This document shows, piece by piece, positions 1 through 12,934 of a stretch of DNA of 64,000 nt. The notes beneath the pieces are model-generated. The model searched no databases and had not been told where the DNA came from. It saw only the letters and a list, made by a program, of their open reading frames with translations. The stretch's first letter is position 1. The number at the start of each line of letters is the position of its first letter. The stretch is from Octopus vulgaris (lineage: Eukaryota): contig OX597837.1 in the NCBI GenBank assembly GCA_951406725.2, positions 13,888,001 through 13,952,000 on the forward strand, written 5' to 3'. The position numbers were made by a program, and so were the translations under genes.

Positions 1-500
1 AACAAGTAAAATTTAAAAGATGAAAAAATGAAATTTCCATCATATTATCCCAGCGAACATCAACAGAACATAAACGACCATGCCATCTTAATTGGGATTG
101 CATAATCAGAACAACAAGGATATCAACAACAACAGCAACAACAACAGCAACAATAGCAACAGCAGCAGTAGCACCACAACCACCACCACCACCACCACCA
201 CATTACAACTATTACATAATACTGAACTTCCAGAAACAGCTGTTGAGTTAAAAAGAACTATGCATTCTCCCCATAGTCATTTGCAAAAGTAAATTAATTT
301 GTTAATATATGTAAATATCTATATGGTTGAACATATGGGATTATCTTCTGAATACATTTAGTTTTTGTATCTACACCTATCCCTATATATATATATATAT
401 GAATAAATAAATGGAGTTTAACATGTGAGATTTTTGCTGCCCTGGTAACTATTTATTTATTTTTTCCGTGTTAATTGTTAACAAGGTAAAAATACACTCA

Positions 501-540
<40 letters not shown>

Positions 541-596
541 TGTGTGTGTGTGTATATATATATGTATTAGAAGGTTTGGAGATGATGAACAGGTAT

Positions 597-873
597 TATA
601 TATTAGAAGAAATGAGGTACTCAGAAATCTGGATGGTTTTATATTTACAGATATTTATTAGCATGTTACATGGTTTTATACATCATATATCATATATTAG
701 CGCTTTTGTCCATTCCAGTGGAGTCTTTTAGTGGAGTCAGTTCAATTTGAAGACTCCACTAGAATGGACAAAAGTGCTAATATATGATATATAAAAACAT
801 GTAACATACTAATAAATATCTGTAAATATAAAACCATCCAGATTTCTGAGTACCTCATTTCTTCTAATATATA
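597..873. repeat. Long fold-back palindrome (about 125-130 bp arms, 22 bp spacer)
   Basis: 597-727 is the near-perfect reverse complement of 750-873. Confidence 0.92.
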
Positions 874-874
874 C

Positions 875-914
<40 letters not shown>

Positions 915-928
915 ATATTTACATATAT

Positions 929-1129
929 CAGTGCTTTTCAAACTTTTTGCTGGAGCGGAACCCCAAGGAAACATTCCACTGGCTCGAGGAACCCCTGTGC
1001 AATAATTTAATAGTCTTATGCACACATATCTGCACAGGAGAATTAAAAATTACTGCCGATTTTAGCATTTTTGTAACTTCTTGCAGAACCCCTGGACTGT
1101 ACTGGTGGAACCCTGGTTGAAAACCACTG
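929..1129. mobile_element. hAT (Charlie-like) MITE
   Basis: TIRs CAGTGCTTTTCAA / TTGAAAACCACTG and a perfect 8-bp TSD ACATATAT (921-928, 1130-1137). Confidence 0.85.
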
Positions 1130-1884
1130 ACATATATCAATCTTTATCATGTTTATCTGCATTGCTATCTCTATATACACACAACAGGCTTCTTTTGCAG
1201 TTTCCACGAACCAAGTCCACTTGCAAGACTTTAGTCAGCTTGAAGCTACAGTAAAAGAAAGAAGACATTTGCTCGGGGTGACATGCAGTGGGACTGAACA
1301 CAAAACCATTTGGCTGGGAAGCCAACACCTTTACCACACAGCCACAGCTGTGCCTAACAAACCCCAAAAAACCCATCCCAAACAACCCATGTGTGGCCTA
1401 TGAGTGTAACATCAGCCGTCTCTTCTTATACGCTCTGTGGTTTCAACAGAGACTGGAAATAATGACGAAATATACCCAGTTGCGAGAGTAATCGCTTTTA
1501 GCAGAGCCTAATCTACCGTGCAGGTGTTCGCAAGGTGACAACTCCTTCACCTGAATGACCCAGTTGTCAACTTGCATCTGTTATTATGCAAATTACATAG
1601 CTTCGTTATTCAGTCTGCACATAAATCTTTTCTTATGAGTTTAACAGATTTTCTTTTTTGTTTTATGTTTTTTTTGTGTTGTTTTTTTTTGTTTTTTTTT
1701 AATATATATATACTATTTATTTGTTTGTTTATGTATTTCAATGTTGCGTCAGAGGAAAAAGGAAGAGAGTAAGGGAAGGAGGGAGGGAGGGAGAGGGAAG
1801 GAGGGGGGAGAGACAGCGAGAGGGAAGGGAAGAGGGGGGTATTCTCACTAATGCTTTTATATCTTTAGCCGATATGCATTGATC

Positions 1885-2305
1885 AAAGATATCCACACAC
1901 ACACACACACACACACATGCATACAAACCTCTCTCGTACACACACGCACACACACACACTTGGACAATCACATACACTCACACACACTTACATACAAACA
2001 CACTCACACTCTCGCACACACACACGTTAATACACACACACATATACTCACACACATACACACACACACCTATTCACATACATACACTCTCACATACTCA
2101 CACACTCTCACATATACACACACACACTCACGCACTCTTAAACACACCCACACACTCTTAAACACACATACACACGTTCATATACACACACATATACTCA
2201 CACACATACACTCACACATACACACACATATACTCACACATGTACACCTTTTCACACACATACACTCACACACACACACACACAGACACCCCCCCCCATA
2301 CACAC
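1885..2305. repeat. Degenerate (CA)n microsatellite block
   Basis: CA/CT/TA interrupted dinucleotide tract. Confidence 0.9.
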
Positions 2306-2339
2306 CAATGTCAATAATAAACAGACCACATTGAGAGTT

Positions 2340-2652
2340 TTCCGACCACATGTGTTCAATTGTTTGATTAACTAAACTAACAGACTCACTGAATTAACAA
2401 AAAAGTGGCCGAGTACTCCACAGACACATGTACCCTTAACTTAGTGTTCAACGAGTTTTATCGTGACACACAATATGACAAGGCTCCCCCCCCCTTGTAT
2501 TACAGGTACAAATCACTTTTGCCAGCTGAATGCACTGCAGCAATGTGAAATAAAGTGTCTTGCTCAAGGACACAATGCATCACCAGGAATTGAACTCATG
2601 ACTTAATGGTTGGGAGCTGGATACCCTAACCACTAAGCCATGCACCTCCATC
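2340..2652 (-). mobile_element. tRNA-derived SINE with CORE-like body
   Basis: Minus-strand head TGGCTTAGTGGTTAGG (A box) and GAGTTCAATTCC (B box), followed by GTGTCCTTGAGCAAGACACTT. Related heads occur at 32235 and 40925. Confidence 0.75.
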
Positions 2653-3290
2653 TATAAAACTTTTGTTTTCATTTGCTTTAGTCATTAGATTGTGGACATG
2701 CTGGGGCACCGCCTTGAATCTTTAGTCGAATGAATGAGTCAACCCCCCCCATACTTCTTTCTTTTTTATTGAACCTGGTACCTGTTCTATCAGTCCCTTT
2801 TGTTGAATTGCTAAGTTACAGGGATGTAAACGCACCAACACCAAATGTCAAGTGATGGTGGGGTAACAAACACAGACACAAAGACACACACACACAAAGA
2901 CACACAGACACAAAGACACACACACACAAAGACACACAGAGACAAAGACACACACACACACATGACAGGCTTCTTTCAGTTTCCATCTACCAAATTCACT
3001 CCCAGACGTTGGTTGACCTGGGGTTAGAATAGAAGACACTTGCTCAAGGTGCCACACAGTGGGACTGAACCCAGGACCATGTGGCTGGGAAACAAACTTC
3101 TTACTACAGAGTATCTGAAACCCAAAGCCATGTGGTAGTTGAATGAATTCTGTAAACCATGGAGCCCCGACTGCTCACCTTACAGCAGCCGAAACCCCAT
3201 AGAATTACTCACCATTGAAAGCAGGGGTTCGACATAGCTGTAGCTGCTCTGTCTGAAATACTTTAAAGAAGCATAAAACCGCTCATGCAT

Positions 3291-3324
<34 letters not shown>

Positions 3325-3517
3325 CACACACACACACACACACACGCATACACACACACACACACGCACGTACAGATGTATGCAAATGTATGTACATACA
3401 GTATTTGTGTAAATTACAGGTTGTGCAAATGTATCTTGGTTAATATCTATTAATCTGTCTGGATAAATAATTATACAACCCATCTACAATTACTCACTGT
3501 CTGTCTGTATGTACATG

Positions 3518-3567
<50 letters not shown>

Positions 3568-3621
3568 TGTATATATATATACATATATATACATATATAT
3601 ATATACATGTATACACACACA

Positions 3622-3655
<34 letters not shown>

Positions 3656-4874
3656 CACACACACACATATATATATATATCTGTCTAGCTATCTATATGT
3701 ATGAGTGTGTGTGTATATATATATCCACATGCATATAGATAGATAGATATATATCTAGATAGATACATACAATAGATACTATGAGAAGATTTTTTCTTGT
3801 TATATATCACATTTAAACACAGACATTTTTATTCTGATGTTTAATCGTATATCTCACATTCTGTATTTGATATATACTTGATTTTACACGAATGATATAT
3901 ATCTATATACTCTTTTATATACTCTTTTACTTGTTTCAGTCATTTGACTGTGGCCATATATATATACATATATACGACAGGCTTCTTTCAGTTTCCGTCT
4001 ACCAAATCCACTCACAAAACTTTGGTCGGCCCGGGACTATAGCAGAAGACACTTGCCCAAGGTGCCACACAGTGGGACTAAACCCGGAACCATGTGGTTG
4101 GTGAGCAAGCTACTTACTACACAGCCACTCCTGCGCCTATAATGTATAATTTATAAATTTTAATTCTTAATATTACGAAGTATAATTTTTATTCTTAATT
4201 TTTAATTTGTAATTTTTAATCTTAAATGCTTAAATATACTCAGCTGGTAATTGAGGTCATATCCTTTAAGTATTATTTCATAATGTGCAAACTGATACCA
4301 TGAGTATACTGTTAGATATACTCATTGGGTTATTTTTGTATTATTTGAAATAGAATACCCGCACATCGATTAATCCCCCAAAATTGAATATTGACTTTTA
4401 TCAGATACTTTGTATATTTATAGATAAATGTGTAAATATACGATAAATAAGACCCCAAAGTATGATATGTAGATGCATATAACGCTGTAGGGTTACACCT
4501 GATTGATTTGGAATAGCGGTTCGGCAAAAAGAGACCGATAGAATAAGTACTGGGCTTACAAAGAATAAGTCCCGGGGTCGATTTGCTTGACTAAAGGCGG
4601 TGCTCCAGCATGGCTGCAGTCAAAAGACTGAAACAAGTAAAAGAGAGTAAAGAGTATATAATTTTTTTTATATAAAACTTATAACTAGATCTCAAAAAGT
4701 ATAAAATGAATGATAAATATATGATATAATAAGTAATAGTCGTTTTATCTCTAATTCATATTTTATATATTTATACTGTGAAATTTGATTTGATACTAAT
4801 TGAATTTTTCCCTGTAAGTTTGGAGTTATACTCCCTAATATTATATATATATATATATATAATATATATAACAC

Positions 4875-4910
<36 letters not shown>

Positions 4911-4980
4911 TACGATGCGAAGATATCATCTAATTAAATCCAGTATGTTGACGATGCCAACAGGAGGGATGTAAAATAAT

Positions 4981-5022
<42 letters not shown>

Positions 5023-5253
5023 TGGAGCACCGCCTTTAGTCAAGCAAATCGACCCGGGACTTATTCTTTGTAAGCCCAGTACTTATTCTATCGGTCTCTT
5101 TTTGCCGAACCGCTATTCCAAATCAATCAGGTGTAACCCTACAGCGTTATATGCATCTACATATCGTACTTTGGGGTCTTATTTATCGTATATTTACACA
5201 TTTATCTATAAATCCAGTATGTTGACGATGCAACAGGAGGGATGTAAAATAAT

Positions 5254-5295
<42 letters not shown>

Positions 5296-5590
5296 ATTAT
5301 TTTACATCCCTCCTGTTGGCATCGTCAACATACTGGATTTAATTAGATGATATCTTCGCATCGTATCTATTCACTTAACAGCTGAAAATTTATTTAAGAA
5401 ACAGTTTTACTTGACTTCGTAATTTGAAGCAGCAACACTTAAGAATCTAACTGTTCGACGCCCCCAATGACTGCAGCTATTGTCTTCATAAAACTGAGTC
5501 TATTTATCACAGAGAAATAAATGTTTGCCGTCTGAGTGAACTTTGTGTATGGAAACGATGTGTAAACCTGTTTGAAACCTGGTACTTAAT

Positions 5591-6064
5591 TTATCGACTC
5601 TGAAAGGATGAAAGTTCCTCAACAGTTACGATGGGATTTTGTTCCACCAGGGCTTGTAGGACATCCTTGTTGAGCTCTACAGATCTTCCAGGATGAGGCT
5701 TGTCTTCTAGGATGTAGTTTCTGGCTTGGAATTTCTGGAACCACCGTTGACACTGGCTTATGCTTATTATCCGATTCCCATAAACTGCATTATTGTTCCC
5801 CGCACTTTCCGTTGCGTTGTTACCTTTATTGAACTCATTAAACAAAATATGCTGAATATACTCCTTTGTCACTTCCATTATACCTTTGAAGAAAAAATAA
5901 CTGTTAAAGTTGAACTGCACTCTTCAAAACTTGCACTAAGAATAAGTTCAGGTAAAATTACCTCCTGCTTTTATAGCAAGTTGATGCAGGTAATTTATCC
6001 ACACCCCTCCGAATTTTCGTTCATGTATCTTTAAAAACCACATTATTTATGGGATGACCCGATA
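5591..6064 (-). mobile_element. Mariner transposon 5' fragment (TIR + HTH part of transposase)
   Basis: MEVTKEYIQHILFNEFNKGNNATESA...VYG...CQRWFQKFQARNYILEDKPHPGR matches the Mos1/Hsmar-type N-terminal HTH. A TIR-like TATCGGGTCATCCCATAAATAATG lies at about 6064-6040. Confidence 0.88.
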
Positions 6065-6327
6065 GAAATGTTAAGTCTATGGTTTTTCAGGTTTCTTAAT
6101 CAAGAATATCATTTCTGTTTTTCCTTCTCCATTTCTTTCTGGTCTCTCAACTCATAACCTTCTTGCAGCTGATGTCTGTGAATTTCAATATTTAACTAAC
6201 ATAAATGTGTAAATTAGTAAATTCAAATGTCTAAGTTGACATTGATTATAGCTTAATCAATGTCTACGATGAACAATTGTTTGTGTATGTCAATACCATT
6301 TCCCTGTCAATGGGGTGACCACTCTAA

Positions 6328-6542
6328 GGTGGTGAGCTGGTGGAAGCATTAGCACGCTGGGTGGAATGCTTAGCGATATTTTGTCTGCCGTTATGCTCTG
6401 AGTTCAAATTCCTCCGAGGTCAACTTTGCCTTTCATCCTCTCAGGATCAATAAATTAAGTATCAGTTGCATACTGGGGTCGATCTAATCAACTGGCCCCC
6501 TCCCCCAAAATTTCAGGCCTTGTGCCTAGAATAGAAAAGAAT
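6328..6542 (+). mobile_element. Deu/Nin-domain-like SINE (family B)
   Basis: Head GGTGGTGAGCTGG...GAGTTCAAATTC and core TTTGCCTTTCATCC...AAGTATCAG; many copies in the window. Confidence 0.75.
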
Positions 6543-6800
6543 GTGTTGGCCACTCTTTCCGTTTCTATTATTTCTTTTCCTTTTCCTCCCTATTCTCCTT
6601 TCTCGTCCCTCACTTTAAATTTCAAGGGAACTTTGCTAATCTGCAGTTTTTCTCCAAGTTATTCTTCCTGAATTATAATTAACTGAATCTCCATTGATTA
6701 AAACTGATATTCTATTCTGTTCTCTTTATAGAGAGTTTCTAATTAGCTAATTTGCTAGTTGCAAGATCAGTGACTGCTTGTCCCTTATTTTTCTAGATAT

Positions 6801-7188
6801 ATATAGGAGCACTCCGTCGGTTACGACGATGAGGGTCCCAGCTGATACGATCAACGGAACAGCTTGCTCGTGGAATTAACGTGCAAGTGGCTGAGCATTC
6901 CACAGACACGTGTACCCTTAACGTAGTTCTCGAGGAGATTCAGCGTGACACAGAGAGTGACAAGGCCGGCCCTTTGAAATACAGGTACAACAGAAACAGG
7001 AAGAAAGAATGAGAGAAAGTTGTGGTGAAAGAGTACAGCAGGGATCACCACCATCCCCTGCCGGAGCCTCGTGGAGCTTTTAGGTGTTTTCGCTCAATAA
7101 ACACTCACAATGCCCGGTCTGGGAATCGAAACCGCGATCCTACGACCGCGAGTTCGCTGCCCTAACCACTGGGCCATTGCGCCTCCAC
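6801..7188 (-). mobile_element. Full-length young tRNA-derived SINE (family C) with 14-bp TSD
   Basis: Head TGGCCCAGTGGTTAGGGCAGCG...GGTTTCGATTCCC, CpGs intact, TSD ATTTTTCTAGATAT at 6787-6800 and 7189-7202. Confidence 0.9.
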
Positions 7189-8448
7189 ATTTTTCTAGAT
7201 ATTACGAGCTGGAGTGAACTCTGATGGATGAGTATCTTTCACTGAGGATGAGCACAAATAGCTCAAAACCATACAGTATGGTGGTTCTTTCACTGGAAGA
7301 CGGTAGGGGTTTGCTCCCCTGTTTGCGATATATATTGGGTGCAGATCAGATCGGAGCCTGGTGCAGCCTTCTGGCTCACCAGTCCTCAGTCAAACCGTCC
7401 AACCCATGCCAGCATGGAAAATGGACGTTAAATGATGATGATGATGATTGCACTGAATAATTAGCTGGTGGAGGTGTCCTCCTGATGTTAAAATGGTAGT
7501 AACATCAGTTCCTACAGAACAGCCATGTGGAAGTGTCGATAAACATGACCTCTCAATATATTTAGTGCTTTCATCTCATACTGAGGTTTTCTTTCTAACT
7601 AGCTAATTTGCTAATATTCTATTAGTTTTGTAATAATTAATCAGAGCACTTTTATCAAGATTAATTAAGTGAGCGAATAAGAAATTCTGGAATTTATTAA
7701 CCATGCCACTCCTTAATGTAATTAACATTAAAACCGTTTAAAACAATACAACTCTGTAAATGTTTTTATTGGAATAAAGTCAGCAGCTGTTCTTTAGATA
7801 TGTTTTGATAGGGTCACGTGTCTTGTTTGGCGCCTGCTATCTGCCACTACAAGTCTTTATGAATGAAGTTACTAATATTAACAACCTCTTTGGAACAGAA
7901 ATGCTTTTAACTGCCTTTAATTGTTCTTTAATTTACAACGTCACTATGTTATCCATCCTTGTTGATTGACAGTTTGTAGTCCTGCCCGCCTGACACTTCT
8001 TAAATGTTGGTAATTCTGATTAGGAATTTCACGTGCTGCTGAGCTGTCGATTAATCCGCATCTCATTGCACACTCGTTTATTTGTGTAGCCTGATGAATT
8101 GGGAGTCGCATAACATATTACATAATCTTACAGGGGCTGTGCATAGCGTTTACCTGACTGCATTTGTTTACGTTACAATAAAGAATCTTAACAAAATGAT
8201 TGTAGTAATTTCAGGTAACCCATCCATCCGTTTTACTATTATGTCTTTACATCACAGTTAAAAGTTCCATTCATCACTGAATTCTTTTGGATGCTGTTCA
8301 AGATGAGGATCACCAAACAACAACGAACTTCCCTTCATCAATGCATCTCATACTATGACAATAGATTATGTTCTGTTCAGCCAATTTGTAATGGGCTTCA
8401 TTTTGATATTCCTTGATCCTTTATCCATCCCCTGTAACCTAAGCAATA

Positions 8449-8860
8449 TCATCATCATCATCGTCGTTTAACGTCCGCTTTCCAAGCTGGCATGGGTTGG
8501 ATGGTTTGACTGAGGGCTGGTGACCCAGAAGGCTGCACCAGGCTCAATCTGATCTGGCAAAGTTTCTTCAGCTGGATGCCCTTCCTGACACCAACCACTC
8601 CATGAGTGTAGTGGGTGCTTTTTACGTGCCACAAGCACGAGGGCCAGTCAGGTGGTTCTGGCAACGACCACGCTCAAAAGGTATTTTAACGTGCTACCTG
8701 CACAGGAACCAGTCTGGCGGCACTGGTGGCAACCACACTTGAATGTTGTTTTCCATGTGCCACCAGCACATGTGCTGGTAAGGCGACACTGGCAATGACC
8801 ATGCTCAAATGGTGCCTTTTACGTGACACTGGCACGAGTGCCAATCAGGTGGCACTGTGA
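8449..8860 (-). mobile_element. (GAT)n-tailed short retroposon (family D) with internal tandem units
   Basis: Shared 3' end CCAACCCATGCCAGCxTGGAAAxCGGACGTTAAACGATGATGAT, preceded by repeated GTGGCACGTAAAA-type units. Confidence 0.8.
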
Positions 8861-9900
8861 AGCTTCCTATCTCGGACATATGAGCATGTGCACAACAGCC
8901 AAACACCGCGCCACTGGAACTGTGAAGTGCACAGTTCTATACAAATATTTTTGTATTTTTTCTCTCGTAAACTAGGGGATGGCTACTGACATTAAGCTTA
9001 ATGATTATATAATGTACAAATATGAATAAAGAATTAAAGAAAAAAGGACTCATTATATTGAATGTTATTGATAATATCAAATGGAAATAGGGGGCACTGC
9101 AGTACTGCAGTGCCTATACACAAGCTGTCACTACCCCTAATTACAGAAATAAATTAAAGATATAATTATACACAGACATTGTGTCTGTTTTTCCCCCACC
9201 ACCATCACTTACAACCGATGTTGGTGTGTTTACATCCCCATAACTAAGCAGTTCAGCAAAAGAGATTGATAAAATAAGTCCTAGGCTTACAAAGAATAAG
9301 CCCTGTGGTTGATTTCTTCGATTAAAAAAATCATTAAGTGCAGTGCTCCAGCACGGCCACAATCAAACGACCGAAACAAGTAAAAGAAAAGAATAAAAAG
9401 ATATTCTTCAATTTTTTTATTTGCAGGTTTTGGTGGTGTTTTTTTTTATCTGTTTATTGTACATATTGTTTTAGATTTTACATTGTTACCAACGTATTGT
9501 AACAACACAAAACATTGCAATATCATGTGTTCGTTTGCTTTAACGAAGGAGAAAAGATGTCTTTCACTTTGGAATTACCATAGTTTCCAGAATCCTAAAA
9601 GACAGCTGCTTCTCTTACTCTGTCATTTTTGCTGGCCTGCACTCCCTTAATTTAACCCATGAGACCCTCACAGTGATTCTGTGATACAAACTTCCTGTTT
9701 TAAAGGGGTCTAAATGAAAGCCTTCCATCAAAGACTTGGGTTAACTTATGTTCGAAAACATCAGCTTAATAATGGTAAAAGTGATTTCACTAAATTCTTC
9801 AATTATTTTCAAAAATTAATTGAAACAATGGCACTGTATTTCAATGGAAGCAGAGTGACAAAAGAGTGAAATTGTTTGAATATTTAATGCTTTGGATGGA

Positions 9901-9940
9901 CTCCTCCTCCTCCTCCTCCTCCTCCTCCTCCTCCTCCTCC

Positions 9941-9994
<54 letters not shown>

Positions 9995-10125
9995 CCACCA
10001 CCACCACCACCACCACCACCACCACCACCACCACCACCACCACCACCGTCAACACCACCACCACCACCATCATCATCATCACCACCACCACCACCACCAC
10101 CACCACCACCACCACCATCATCACC

Positions 10126-10183
<58 letters not shown>

Positions 10184-10227
10184 CCACCACCACCACCACC
10201 ACCATCGTCACCACCATCGTCACCACC

Positions 10228-10307
<80 letters not shown>

Positions 10308-10429
10308 CATCATCATCGTCATCATCATCATCACCATCATCACCACCACCACCACCACCATCATCATCACCACCACCACCACCACCACCACCACCACCAC
10401 CACCACCACCACCACCACCACCACCATCG

Positions 10430-10514
<85 letters not shown>
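9901..10514. repeat. Compound trinucleotide microsatellite (TCC)n(TCA)n(CCA)n, about 610 bp
   Basis: Seen directly; it abuts a family D tail at about 10515. Confidence 0.97.
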
Positions 10515-11251
10515 TTAGCGTCTGTTTTCCAAGGTTGGTTTGTTCCACAGGAACTTAAATTTTGCACATGCCTTGCATTGGGTGCTTAACATGTCTTGGG
10601 AACTTTTTTTTAAACACGGTAGGGCCCCTGCTTTCTCTTACCTTTTCCTCTCCACATCTGACCACAGTAAATTTCCTTCTAGAAGGAAAGACAAACAGAC
10701 AGACAGAAAGAGAAAGAGAAAGAAAAGAACTGACTCAGTACAGAAGTGGTTCTTTATTTATCGACTCTGACGGAATAAATGGCTAAGTTCAACTCGGTCG
10801 CTTGAACTGGGTGTGCTGTAGAAAATCTGCCTCGATAAATATCATGTGACTTACGCAAGCATCGAAAAGTGAACGTTAAAATGACGATGATAATGATGAT
10901 GATAATGATGATGTGGTACAATTTGGGAAAAATTTCACTGCTATTTCTAGCAGACTGAGCACTCGCAGAGAGGCCTCCCTCAGCTCAAACACTACAAACA
11001 GGTCTCTGACAGTGGTGGAATCAGAGCAATGTAAAGCCAGGCCACTTCCTGTTGTTCACTGTTTAGATAATGTTTGTCAGATTATCATTTGAATTAAATG
11101 GATTTCATAAGAACAGCGTATGGACATGTATAAACAACAATTAGACAAGATATCGCTTGATGATTAAATCTCCATGCTATGTACAGCTGACATCTTGCAA
11201 CATTATGTAAATGGTCACATGGCAAAGTACTTGCCATGATTGAAGTGTAAA

Positions 11252-11302
<51 letters not shown>

Positions 11303-11304
<2 letters not shown>

Positions 11305-11511
11305 CTCTTTTACTCTTTTACTTGTTTCAGTCATTTGACTGTGGCCATGCTGGAGCACCGCCTTTAATCGAGCAACTCGACCCCGGGACTTATTCTTTTG
11401 TAAGCCCAGTACTTATTCTATCGGTCTCTTTTGCCGAACCGCTAAGTAACGGGGACATAAACACACCAGCATCGGTTGTCAAGCAATGCTAGGGGGACAA
11501 ACACAGACACT

Positions 11512-11567
<56 letters not shown>

Positions 11568-11740
11568 CATATATACGACGGGCTTCTTTCAGTTTCCGTC
11601 TACCAAATCCACTCACAAGGCTTTGGTCGGCCCAAGGCTATAGTAGAAGACACTTACCCAAGGTGCCACGCAGTGGGACTGAAGCTGGAACCATGTGGTT
11701 GGTAAGGAAGCTACTTGCCACACAGCCACTCCTGCGCCTA
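11303..11740 (-). mobile_element. Full-length tRNA-derived SINE family A with internal TA/TG microsatellite
   Basis: Head GCAGGAGTGGCTGTGTGG...TTCAGTCCCACTG, CORE-like CCTTGGGxAAGTGTCTT, tail GGTGCTCCAGCATGGCCxCAGTCAAATGACTGAAACAAGTAAAAGAG. More than 20 full or partial copies occur in the window. Confidence 0.9.
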
Positions 11741-12934
11741 TATATATATATATATTATATAAAATCCATTCTGTCTGTGTGTGTGTCTTCTAGGATCTTG
11801 GGCATCCTCCATCTGATTGCACTCAAATTTGATATGTAGATACCAATGGCCTATGGGATGGTCGGACAAGTTGTTTTGAGAAAATTTGGTTTAAATGTTT
11901 GACAACTCAGCACCGTCCATTGGACGGGGAGTGTTTTGCTTGTATATATATATGTGTGTGTGTGTGTGTGCGTGTGTGTGTGTGTGCGTGTGTGTGTGTG
12001 TGTGTTGATAACCAATGTCTGTTTTGATACCCAATGTTGGTGTGTTTACATCCCCGTAACTTAGCAGTTCGGCAAAAGAGCCCGATAGAATAAGTATTAG
12101 GCTTACAAAGAATAAGTCCTGGGGTCGATTTGTTTGACTAAAGGTGATGCTCCAGCATGGCCGCAGTCTAATGACTGAAAAAAACAAAACAAAAAGGAAT
12201 CACTTTAATTGGTTGATGAGAAGAGTGGTAACTTATGGCAGATAATCCAGAGATAAATGGTATTTGCAGAAATGAGAAGCTTATAAATATTAACTTTAAA
12301 AGACTAAGAATAGATTTAGATGAATGAAGCTATGGAGAAGCAAAAGTTAATGGTAAGAGTTAAAGAATTTGTGAATGTATTTTTTAAAAGAGAATTGAGG
12401 AAATGTATAAGTAATTAATCATGTAAGATTAATAAACAGTCGTTATCTGACAAAATTGGTAGGAATTTCTGTGAATATTCATATATATGTTCTTAGGAAT
12501 TCCAGCCATATTCCAGTTATATTTAGGAACTTTGCAGCTGGTATCAAGAGAAAAATCTTCCATTCATCCTCAGAATGAGATTTCGTTGACAGAACTCTTC
12601 CCACCCCAGATATTATAGTGAAGTGTTAATGAGAAGAGCATTTGATGTGAAGTTGATGTATGTAAAGAATTCTCTGTCCTGCTTCATCCATAAAAAGAGT
12701 TAGGAATAAGAAAATAACTTTGTTCAAATTTCTGTTTAAACTAGACAAGATCATGAACACGGGAACTTTTTGTTCCTAATTAGACAACATTTCCCAAGCT
12801 TTTCAATGTTTACAATGTTAAGATCAGTTATTCTTGCCTAAACCACTTCACTTCCAATATCATATTATACAATGAGTAAAAAAAGATTACAACCATGCAG
12901 GCTTTACTCCTTGCACCCACCTGCAACCTCCAAA

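Noticed and set aside
6070-8440. Possible decayed Penelope/LINE coding sequence between the SINEs
   Set aside because: Only vague motif hints; too degraded to support a call by eye.
9816-10558. Long poly-D/G, poly-S/P and poly-M/V ORFs
   Set aside because: Pure trinucleotide microsatellite, open in several frames, with no splice context.
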